From the IMG/VR virus record IMGVR_UViG_3300011008_000006: DNA of 52,253 bases. One strand, 5' to 3'. The notes beneath the pieces are model-generated. The model was not told the origin of the DNA and did not search any database. It saw nothing but the letters and a program-made list of their open reading frames with translations. This document shows, piece by piece, positions 43,383 to 52,253 of the stretch. The DNA comes from a virus (taxonomy: Duplodnaviria; Heunggongvirae; Uroviricota; Caudoviricetes). Within the stretch, counting starts at the first letter, position 1. Each line of letters opens with the position of its first letter. A program made the position numbers and the translations under genes.

Positions 43383-45724
43383 TAATGTATATGTTGAACT
43401 CTTTGTTCTGTTTCTTTTTGTTTGCCCCAATTAAATGCATCTTTATATGAACCAGTTAGGTATCCAGTAACGCGGCGTAGTCTGGAAATATTGGTACTAC
43501 CACATTGAGGACACTTTTCACCAATTTCATCTTCATAGCCACAATCATTACAACTATCAAGGGGAATATTTAATGCAAAATATGGAATGTCATGATCCAT
43601 AGCATAATTTACAATAGTTTCAAGAGCATCTATATTATTCTTTACACCAGAAGGAACTTCAACATAAGTAATACATCCAGCACTAGAATATCCCGTTAAT
43701 TGACTTTCAATATCAATTTTATCAAATACTGAAATTTCATGCCATACTGGAACATGCATACTATTTGTAAAATATTCACGGTCAGATACATTTGGAATTT
43801 CACCATATTTTGCTTTAAATTTCTTCATAGCAGTATAACAAAGATTTTCGGCGGGAGTATAATATACACCAAAGTTTAGACTATATTCTTTCTTAAATTC
43901 AGCACATCTATCCTTAAATAATTGTTCAATTCGTTTAGCTAATTCCATACCTTTTTCTGTTGTATGGTCACAACCAATTAGAATTTGTAATGTCTCAGCT
44001 AATCCTAATTGACCAATTACCAATGTTCCATGTTTTAATGCTGAACGGATGCCTTCTTCTGGATGATAGCCAAGCATTGTATGATTTTCATACATGAACT
44101 TTGCGGCAGAAGCATCTTGACTACAAATCCAATCAAAGCGTTCTAAAAGCATATCTTTGGCTTCGTGGATTTTTTTATCAAGTAAGTTTAAGAAAGCATC
44201 TTCAACTGAACGAGTACCTAAAACACAACTATCAGCCTCTGTTAGTTTTTCTTTATTAAAATTAATATTTACTTTTTGATATGCTTCTTTTGCTTCCATA
44301 GCAAGAGTAGGCATTATAATAGTTACTGGGCAAATGTTCCCGCGGCCATCCTTCATTTGAGGATTGACGCCAGGTTCTGCATTTATATCAGAAAGGTTCG
44401 CTGTTCTACAACCCATTGTAGAGAAATAAGTGCGTGGGTCATTTACATCATATCCAGCCGCGTTAGTCCAATCTACATTAGCATAATTAGGATAAATTCT
44501 ACGGGCAGTTGATTCAAGAGCAAGACGGAACATATCATAATTTGGATCGCCAGGTTCTCTATTTACACCTTTCATACATTGGAAAATACCACAGGGGAAA
44601 ATAGGTGTTTTATGGAATTTACCTACTCCTTTAATTGAACCTTCAAGTAAGGCTTTAATTACCATACGACCTTCAGGTAAAGTACAAGTTCCATAATTAA
44701 TAGAAGTGAAAGGTAATTGATTACCACTACGACTTTGTAAAGTATTAAGATTGTGATACATACCTTCAACTGCTTGTTTTAATTCACGTTTAGTCATTTC
44801 CATAGCACTATCATATATAGAAGAAGGAAAACATCCATATATATCTAAATCATCTATGCTAATATCTTCTGGTTTTTTCTCTTTAGTTTGTATTTCAAAT
44901 ATTTCAGGAAGAGTTTTTTCATGTAATAATTTTATATTCCACCAACCTCTATCAGTATTCTATATAATTTTACAAACTTCTTGTAAATGTTTATAAAAAC
45001 TTTTCCTCACATAAGGTACCATAGTCCAATCTAAATGCGTCGCGGCAACACCACCAAATTGCATTAGTGATTGTAATTGGAAAATAACAGCAACAAGTTG
45101 GAAAGCAGTATTTATACTGTTAGCTGGCCGCACATCTGTTTGACGAGTATTAAATCCATTAGCTAGTAAATCATCAAACGGAATTGATAAACAATTATGG
45201 TCGCCAAGAGCATAATGGTCTAAATCGTGAATATATATTTTATTATTTAGATGATTATTACGCGCCATTGGAGAAAGTAAAAAATCTAAAGCATATTGTT
45301 TAGTAAGAACGCCAGAAGCCTCACCTAAGCGACCACCAAATGAATGTTCATCAACATTAGCATTTTGATTTACTACATTTGAAGCACTTAATTTTTCACT
45401 AATTGCTCTGATAAATTCAGTGGAGCAGGAACGCATTACACCTCGTTTATATCTATATTTTACATATGCTTTACCAACAATATGGTCATAGTCGGTTAAA
45501 TAATCTTCTACTAATTCTTGAATATCTTCTACCCCAAGTGGCTCATCATATTCATTAGCAACTTCTTGAATTTCATCTGCTATTGTTTGAGCCACTTTTT
45601 CACCATAAGATAAATTATATTCATCATTATATATATCTTTATATGCTTTATTTATAGCACTTTCAATTTTACTTTTATCAAAAGGTACTAACTCACCAGT
45701 GCGTTTTCTAATTTGTAATTTCAT
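43382..45724 (-). CDS. nrdD: Class III anaerobic ribonucleotide reductase with ATP cone (780 aa; one TAG at 44960)
   Basis: IRKRTGELVPFD ATP cone, IYIHDLD, HNC, MGCRT, TPAEN, CxxC...CxxC and RVTGYL glycyl loop; two ORF-track fragments in frame across a TAG. Confidence 0.95.
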
Positions 45725-45729
45725 AACTA

Positions 45730-45939
45730 TCACTCTCCTAATTGCTTTCCGCAATAGGGACAATGACCATTTTTAGGTTCCCAATTAAATTTATCTGATT
45801 GATGCGGACAAGCCTTTTGATTTTCATCTATTTTTTCTTTTATCTATTTTATCTTATCTGATTTTTCCATTGTAGATAGAGCTTGTTTTAATTCATTTTC
45901 CAATAGCTCATGATAAGAAATGATTTGTTCTATTGTCAT
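45730..45939 (-). CDS. Small protein with coiled coil and CPH...CPYC Zn-ribbon-like end (69 aa, one TAG)
   Basis: ATG overlaps the upstream TGA; TAG at 45844; TGA at 45730. Confidence 0.7.
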
Positions 45940-47015
45940 ACTCTCCAAAACCCCCTATTTGATAATGTGGTATATGTTTGATTAAATAAATCTTTTACAT
46001 TAGGGTATTTTTCTAGTATTAAATCTCTTTCTTTTCTCGCGGGAGTAGGTCTGCCGCTAGCACAAATAAGTGTGCGTTCAGCAAGAGATTTAGTTTTTTT
46101 CGTGGCCCCACAAGACCAAGTTTCTACTAATCTTGAAATATTTGGTAACGGGTCTATAAAACCTAATTTTGGTTGTAAGTATTTTATTTTAATTGGAATA
46201 TCACAACTCCAAAAAGAATATAATAAATTTAATTTATAAATAAAATTTTCAAAATATTGTATTGAATAACGAAAATCTCCTCCTAATGTAAGATATACAT
46301 TAGAAGAAGTCATAACGTCAGCTAAAAATTTATTTTTATAATGCTTTAACATATAATAAACTTCTGATAATGGGATATTTAAATCTAAAATAAGTTCATT
46401 TTGACGACTAACTTTAGCTTTATTTCTAATACCGAAATATTGTGTTAGCGTATTACAAATAATGGGATGAATAGTTACAATAGAAGCAGGATTACGTTCT
46501 ATTATATTATCAATAATATCTTCCCAGTAAGGATTAAAAAAATCTTTATCAAATATAAAAAATCTTTTCTTTGGCCGCACTGGTGGAATTGGAAGTTTAT
46601 TCTTTCCAGCTACCATCCTATAATAGCTATCATCTAATGTGTGAGAAATGATTTGAGATTTTACACCGTCTTGATATTTTCTTTTCAATATCTCCTTGTA
46701 AATGGCAGGCCGTGGAATAGTATAATCAATGAGTTCTTCTTCAAAAGGAATATATTTATTAGTAAAATTTGTTCCTCCAAAGATTATATTATTTACCTTT
46801 AAGAAGGCCGGTGGTATTTTAATCTATTTCTCACTTTCACTAAAAAAATATATTTTATCATAACAAGTTAATTCAGTTTCATCTAAATCTATTAAACGAC
46901 AAAAGGTATTTTTTTCATTTCTATAATAAGTAGCTAATTTCATAATTTCAATGTTAGGGATAAGGGAAGTGGTAGAAGTAGAAGAATAAAAATCATAATC
47001 TACTAAACCAATCAT
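45936..47015 (-). CDS. Hypothetical protein (359 aa, one TAG at 46824), N-terminus like phage radical-SAM-associated IGLxDxD...PNxxxMKL family
   Basis: Two ORF-track fragments in frame across a TAG; start coupled to the DnaE stop (TAATG). Confidence 0.75.
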
Positions 47016-50000
47016 TATTCTTCTACCTCCACACGTTCATATTGGAAATCTAAATGCTCATCTTCAATATTTGTTATTTTAGAGATTACTGGAAATACAG
47101 AATCTTTGCGTTTCTTTGGGATGAAGTTATCGCCGCGACGAATACCTTGAATCATAAGCATTGTGCCGCGAGAGAACCAACTTTTTTCTAAAACATGCTT
47201 CTTACCATCCTCGCCCTTTTGTGAAATTTGCTTATCATATAATGAATATTGATTTTTATAAATTTTAACTTGAACAACACCAGTCGGTGTTAATAATGAA
47301 ATTGTATTCTTTAACTTATTCTTATCAATTACAGTTCCAACAATTCTTCTTAACTTAAATACTTTTACTTCTTGTCCATTACTACCTATAAAACTATAAT
47401 CAATTTCTGGTTCTTCAGGGAGTGAAAAGAAATCATCATATGATTTTCTGACACTTTCTAACTCGTGGTCGTGATAATAGAAAGAAATACTTTCCATTTC
47501 CCATTTTGAAATTGAACCTTGCCCATATTTACCAGCAACATCATTGTACAATGATTCATTTAATGCATTTAACATTTCTGTTGTATGTGATTTTAAATAT
47601 AGGCGCATTGGTTCCATTGCTTTTTTATATACATTATCCCATTTCTTTTGAGAGATAAGATTGCCATTATCTATTAAGTCTGCGTCGAAATTTGTAGAAA
47701 TAAAATCTACTGCTGCATTAGTTAATTCATAATCTAATCCTGTTTTATAAGATTTTAAAAACTTATTAAACAAGAATAATTTTGCATAGAAATTCATTTC
47801 TTCTGGAATTAACTCTTTGTTAATTAACATTTGCATATTCTGCAAAGTTAATCTTTGTTTTTTATCTGCAATACTATTAAGATAATTTTTCATTATATCT
47901 TCGCGCGGAATACCTTCAATTTCATCAAAGGCGCCAGACTTAATAAGATTTACTGTTGGAAGTTTTGTTGTATGATTTTTTTCCATAAAATCATTAAATG
48001 ATGAATATGGACGATTCTTCATTATCAATTTAATAATATCGTTTGAAACACGAGTAATGCCGCGAAGACCATATGTAATACTATTCTGTTCTACATTTGG
48101 AGTGAATGTAAAACTAGATGTATTTACGTTTGGAGGAAGAATATTAATTCCATAAGAACGGAAACGTCCAATGGCACGAGCAATTTTACCATAAGATACA
48201 GTTTTCTTTGCTCTCTTCACCTTTTCCTTAGTTTTTACTTCCTCTTCATCCTCATTTTCATCTTCGTCATCATCATCTTCTTCTTCAACTATACCATTAT
48301 TTTCCGCCGCTTCGTCTTGGTCAATATCTGCGGCATCTTCTTCTTCATCTATACCAGCACTATCAACAATCAAGTTTGCTGTATTCCAAAATATTGTTGG
48401 ATAATTACAAGCTAAATTCATATTCTGCAAACCAACAAGACTATATGCTAATGTATGAGATAAGTTGAATGAATAACCGCGTTGTGTATTGACAAGAACA
48501 TGCCAGAAATAATCACACAAATTTATATCTAAATTCTTTTCTTTTACTGTATCATAATATTTTTTAGATAATTCTTCATAAAGAGCTGGGTCCTTTTTCG
48601 CGATTGACTTTCTTAACATATCGCTATCTTTTAAGCTCCAACCACCAAGTCGAGGATTTTGAATCATGGACATAATATCTTCCTGTGAAGCACAAATACC
48701 ATACTCATAATCCAGATAACTATGAAGAATATTCTTTTGTTCTTCTGTTAAATTATATTTATCCATTTCTCTATCCCATAGAGAAGGATTATTTTTAAAT
48801 CGTGCATATTTTTCAAGGGGTTGTTCTGCGCCTTTTTCACTAGCCATTAGACGCATAATTGAATTTAATGCTGCCATTTCTTCGACAGAAGTTGGTTTTG
48901 CTAATGAAATGCCTTGAATACCTTGTGGTGTATCAAACTGGAATACGCTCAAAATTTCATTTTTTGCCAATCTATCCCACATTTCAGGATTATTACGATT
49001 TAGTTTATATACACCAATTGCGGCTTCATATGTTTCTCGCAAAGTTGGCTTACTTTCTATATATCCATATTGAACTAATAAATCTAAACAAGTTCTCATA
49101 CGAGTTAGATTTAATGTAGCCAATAAGTCAATTTTTACATTACTTACTTCTTCACTTTCATGTAAGTCCCATGCAGTTACCCATTCACCGCTATTTAGCT
49201 TGATTAATGAGTTAGTTTCTGTAATATCTTCATCAACAATAACAACGCCACCAGCGTGACAACCACAACCACATTGAAGTCCTTCAATTTTCTGTGCTAC
49301 TGCCCATAAGTCTGGATGTTTCCGCATTTCTTCTTGGAAAGTTTTATTTGGAGGAATATCGTTTTCTTCATCACCATAATATGTAACTTTTAAAGAACGT
49401 TGAATACCTCTATCACTTTCAATTAATCCTGCGATAGCCTGTGCTGTATCTACATCTATATTTAAACCGCGTGCCGCAGTTAAAATTGCTGATTTTGATG
49501 CTTCTGTTCTTTCTGTACCAACACGAACTACACGAAGTTCACCATAATGATTTTGAAGAGCTTCAATTACTTTATTACGACGATTACTTTGAACGTCACT
49601 ATCAATATCAAGAATACTCGCGCGCTCAGGATTTAAGAAACGCCAATAGAAAAGAGGAACCTTCTCAACCATTGGGTCAATTTGAATAATATCTAATAGA
49701 TAATTGAGGTAAAAACCTACACCAGAACCACGTCCTGGTCCGACTAATGTATCACCTTCATCCCAGGCAATTTTAATATAATCCGCAACCTGTAAGAAAT
49801 ACTTAGACCATTTTAAATTTTGTTTTTCTGATGCGTTCCATACTACTTCAAGTTCTGTATTCATTCGTTTAATACGCTCTTCTGTCCAATAATAACTTGG
49901 ATTTGTTTCACATTTATCAATAATTCTTCTAATGAATACTCTATCCGCGGGTTCTTCTGATACTAAAAATTTACACCATATTGGTGCAAGTTTATTAGTT

Positions 50001-50995
50001 ACAATATAACTTTCATTTGCCTTTTTAATATCTGCTGTGGAAGGAAGATAAGGAAGTTTAAATGGTTTTCTTAAATCATATTGTTTTACTCTTTCACCGA
50101 TTAGTTTAGTGTTATTCATAAACATTTCAACTAAATCAGCGCTATTATATTTGTCCATATAAGAATGAATTTCTTCTGGCCGCATCATATATGTAGTCGC
50201 GTAAAACTCATCTACCTCGCGGTCGCCATCTTTTGAATTTAGATATGCTTTATGCAAGCCTCTATCTTCTTTTGTTAAATAATGGCTATCTGTTGTGATA
50301 ATCGCGGGAATGCCTAATTTTTCTGAAAAGTTTATTAACCATTGATTTACATAAATTTGTTCCTGATTATCAGAAGGTTGAAGTTCAAAAAAGAAATTAC
50401 CTTCTCCAAAAATACTTTGTAGATATTTACACCATTGTTCTAATTTATTAATTTCTTCTTCAAATGCTTGTGGCATAATTCTTTCAAGCTTACTATTTTT
50501 TAACATTGACTTTCCAAAATATCCGCCGATACAAGCTGTACTACCTACCACATGACCTGGATTACTTCCGATAATTTCTTCTAAATCACTATAATAGGTT
50601 GGCACACGGCGCATTTTACTTTTCATAAAACTTTGCCCGTATGCTCTGGTAGATAATTGTCTAATTTGTTTATGGCCTTCTTCGTCAAGAGCAAGAAGAA
50701 TGAAATGATAAAAACTATCTTTTTTACTATCGTAATTTTCGGAATTTAATCCATTACGACAAAGATAAATTTCATTACCAAGAATAAGTTTAAAATTATT
50801 CCATCTTTCATCTTCTTTACGTTTTTTATCTACATATTTAATTGCTTTGATATGACTATTAACTGTTTCATGTTCTGTTAATGCTATACCTTCTAATCTA
50901 ATATCAAACGCATATTGAATTAAATCTTCAATAATATTTATAGAATCTACGAGTCTTGCATTACTAGCACAAGTATGATTATGTAAACTATACAT
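47015..50995 (-). CDS. dnaE: DNA polymerase III alpha subunit (family C, 1,326 aa, no TAG)
   Basis: PHP domain LHNHT/ALTEH/TTDSHY; GPGRGSGVG, FLNPER, LDIDSD, CHAGGVV, KIDLL and GYSFNLSH. Confidence 0.96.
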   Translation of the reverse strand: MYSLHNHTCASNARLVDSINIIEDLIQYAFDIRLEGIALTEHETVNSHIKAIKYVDKKRKEDERWNNFKLILGNEIYLCRNGLNSENYDSKKDSFYHFILLALDEEGHKQIRQLSTRAYGQSFMKSKMRRVPTYYSDLEEIIGSNPGHVVGSTACIGGYFGKSMLKNSKLERIMPQAFEEEINKLEQWCKYLQSIFGEGNFFFELQPSDNQEQIYVNQWLINFSEKLGIPAIITTDSHYLTKEDRGLHKAYLNSKDGDREVDEFYATTYMMRPEEIHSYMDKYNSADLVEMFMNNTKLIGERVKQYDLRKPFKLPYLPSTADIKKANESYIVTNKLAPIWCKFLVSEEPADRVFIRRIIDKCETNPSYYWTEERIKRMNTELEVVWNASEKQNLKWSKYFLQVADYIKIAWDEGDTLVGPGRGSGVGFYLNYLLDIIQIDPMVEKVPLFYWRFLNPERASILDIDSDVQSNRRNKVIEALQNHYGELRVVRVGTERTEASKSAILTAARGLNIDVDTAQAIAGLIESDRGIQRSLKVTYYGDEENDIPPNKTFQEEMRKHPDLWAVAQKIEGLQCGCGCHAGGVVIVDEDITETNSLIKLNSGEWVTAWDLHESEEVSNVKIDLLATLNLTRMRTCLDLLVQYGYIESKPTLRETYEAAIGVYKLNRNNPEMWDRLAKNEILSVFQFDTPQGIQGISLAKPTSVEEMAALNSIMRLMASEKGAEQPLEKYARFKNNPSLWDREMDKYNLTEEQKNILHSYLDYEYGICASQEDIMSMIQNPRLGGWSLKDSDMLRKSIAKKDPALYEELSKKYYDTVKEKNLDINLCDYFWHVLVNTQRGYSFNLSHTLAYSLVGLQNMNLACNYPTIFWNTANLIVDSAGIDEEEDAADIDQDEAAENNGIVEEEDDDDEDENEDEEEVKTKEKVKRAKKTVSYGKIARAIGRFRSYGINILPPNVNTSSFTFTPNVEQNSITYGLRGITRVSNDIIKLIMKNRPYSSFNDFMEKNHTTKLPTVNLIKSGAFDEIEGIPREDIMKNYLNSIADKKQRLTLQNMQMLINKELIPEEMNFYAKLFLFNKFLKSYKTGLDYELTNAAVDFISTNFDADLIDNGNLISQKKWDNVYKKAMEPMRLYLKSHTTEMLNALNESLYNDVAGKYGQGSISKWEMESISFYYHDHELESVRKSYDDFFSLPEEPEIDYSFIGSNGQEVKVFKLRRIVGTVIDKNKLKNTISLLTPTGVVQVKIYKNQYSLYDKQISQKGEDGKKHVLEKSWFSRGTMLMIQGIRRGDNFIPKKRKDSVFPVISKITNIEDEHLDFQYERVEVEE

Positions 50996-51020
50996 TATAT
51001 CACTCTCCTATTCTATAATT

Positions 51021-51049
51021 ATTGTAACATATTTTTAATATTTTGTCAA
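51021..51049 (-). promoter_or_regulatory. Promoter TTGACA-17-TACAAT (extended -10) upstream of dnaE
   Basis: -35 at 51049-51044, -10 at 51026-51021; SD AGGAGAG follows. Confidence 0.85.
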
Positions 51050-51058
51050 GTATAAAGT

Positions 51059-51196
51059 CTAATTAACTTGTTCTTCATATTCATCTATATCCTTTTCTTT
51101 TTGAATTGTTAAGCAAGCAGCATTATGTTCGTGCCACTGTACAGGGCAGTTATCTTCATATTTACATTCTTCACAGTCTAAAATTTTAGAATTCAT
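51059..51196 (-). CDS. Small Cys-rich acidic protein (45 aa to TAG; 53 aa to TAA 51035 if TAG is read)
   Basis: CEEC...CP...C pattern; start overlaps the RecJ 3' end. Confidence 0.6.
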   Translation of the reverse strand: MNSKILDCEECKYEDNCPVQWHEHNAACLTIQKEKDIDEYEEQVN

Positions 51197-52253
51197 ATTT
51201 ACTCAAATCCTTTTCAAAATCATAATCATCGCAGAATACTTGAACTGATGTGCGGCCAGCAAAAGTATTTAAGTTTGCTCGTCCGTAAATAGTTAATGTT
51301 TTTGTTCTATTAGTCATTACTTCTTCTACAAAATTTATATCTTTGAAGCGAATATAATCTATACCATTATAAGAAATCTTCATACTATCTTTATTTGCTC
51401 CCATCGCCATAATATTAGCTAAGGAGATATTTTTGATTACAAACCTAATTTCTTCAATATGATTGCCAAAATATTCTGGATGTTCAGCTAAACTATATAA
51501 TAATGGACTAATATTTTGTTTAGCATCTAATATATAATCTACAAGATAACAATTTTCAAAATCCTCTGCATTTAGTTTTGTATTTGCGTATTTAAATAAA
51601 TCATCAATTTTATTACCATTGATACCAAATCCTGCTGCGCCATCATGTCCCGCAACATAAGTTACTAATGCACTATCTTCTAAAAACTTTTTAAAACTTG
51701 GTAATCCAGCAAAATTATTATCACTTCTAATACTACCTTGAATTTCATTCTTACTATTGCGGCGACCTATCATACATGGTTTGTGGTATTTAGATACGGC
51801 TGCCATTGCGACAAGACCGGTTAATTCTTGTGGAATATCATCGGATGATTCAAGTTCAACTAAAATAATATTATTATCTAATAAACCATTTTTTTGAATT
51901 TTAAAATCAACTAAGTCTACTGCCTTTTCTTTTAGTTTATCTTGCCTTGCTTTTGCATTTTTACCTACTCGGGCGGTTTGTTCTGCGGCAGTTTCTATTT
52001 CTCCTTGCTTTGCTCCACGTTTTGTGCTTTGCATTGGCCTATCAGGTTCAATGAAACAATAAAACATTGCTTCTTTTTCTATACGAGAACCAACACGAGT
52101 TATAGCGTTAATAAGTGGAGCGATATAAAAAGCAATGTCAATAGAAGTAAGACCAGGCCAAGGATAAGATGCTTTTTCTTTTAGTGTAAATGATTGTGAC
52201 TCTAAAAGCACTTGAAATCCTTTATTATTTATTGAGGATAAACCATTAGTAAT
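51186..52253 (-). CDS. recJ: RecJ-like ssDNA exonuclease, 5' part outside the window (no TAG in 356 codons)
   Basis: FYIAPLINAITRVG, GLVA...KYHKPC, GSIRS and AGHDGAAG DHHA1 motifs; frame open to the window edge. Confidence 0.88.
   Translation of the reverse strand: MTNGLSSINNKGFQVLLESQSFTLKEKASYPWPGLTSIDIAFYIAPLINAITRVGSRIEKEAMFYCFIEPDRPMQSTKRGAKQGEIETAAEQTARVGKNAKARQDKLKEKAVDLVDFKIQKNGLLDNNIILVELESSDDIPQELTGLVAMAAVSKYHKPCMIGRRNSKNEIQGSIRSDNNFAGLPSFKKFLEDSALVTYVAGHDGAAGFGINGNKIDDLFKYANTKLNAEDFENCYLVDYILDAKQNISPLLYSLAEHPEYFGNHIEEIRFVIKNISLANIMAMGANKDSMKISYNGIDYIRFKDINFVEEVMTNRTKTLTIYGRANLNTFAGRTSVQVFCDDYDFEKDLSKYEF

Noticed and set aside
44804-44962. Group I intron or split nrdD
   Set aside because: The gap is 159 nt, in frame, and has a single TAG; read-through gives a continuous protein
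47015-50995. Intein in DnaE
   Set aside because: No C-start/HN-C junction or LAGLIDADG block seen; the extra length is an acidic low-complexity loop

Overview
Phage genome segment from a large, AT-rich, tailed siphovirus-like phage, probably of a gut Firmicute (inferred from sigma-A type promoters, strong SD motifs and an SPbeta-like head gene order). It uses an alternative genetic code. The fragmented ORF track comes from in-frame TAG codons that read as Gln (code 15). Reading TAG as Gln restores full-length terminase, portal, neck, tail, ~4,915-aa tape measure, RuvC, NrdD and NrdG genes. The window has three zones. (1) 1-~3,050 is a GC-richer array of small promoter-ORF-terminator cassettes, punctuated by 8 copies of a 26-bp tripartite (8+8+2+8) direct/inverted motif and by GGCCGGCC palindromes. 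(2) 3,086-38,688 is a + strand packaging and virion operon that is heavily TAG-laden except for the highest-copy virion proteins. (3) 38,726-52,253 is a - strand DNA-metabolism operon (RecJ, DnaE, NrdD-NrdG-formate/nitrite channel, membrane-anchored GIY-YIG, dUTPase, RuvC), ending at a bidirectional terminator. No suppressor tRNA, release factor, integrase or lysis cassette was recognised in this window. All calls are by eye from motifs and synteny; no database searches were run.
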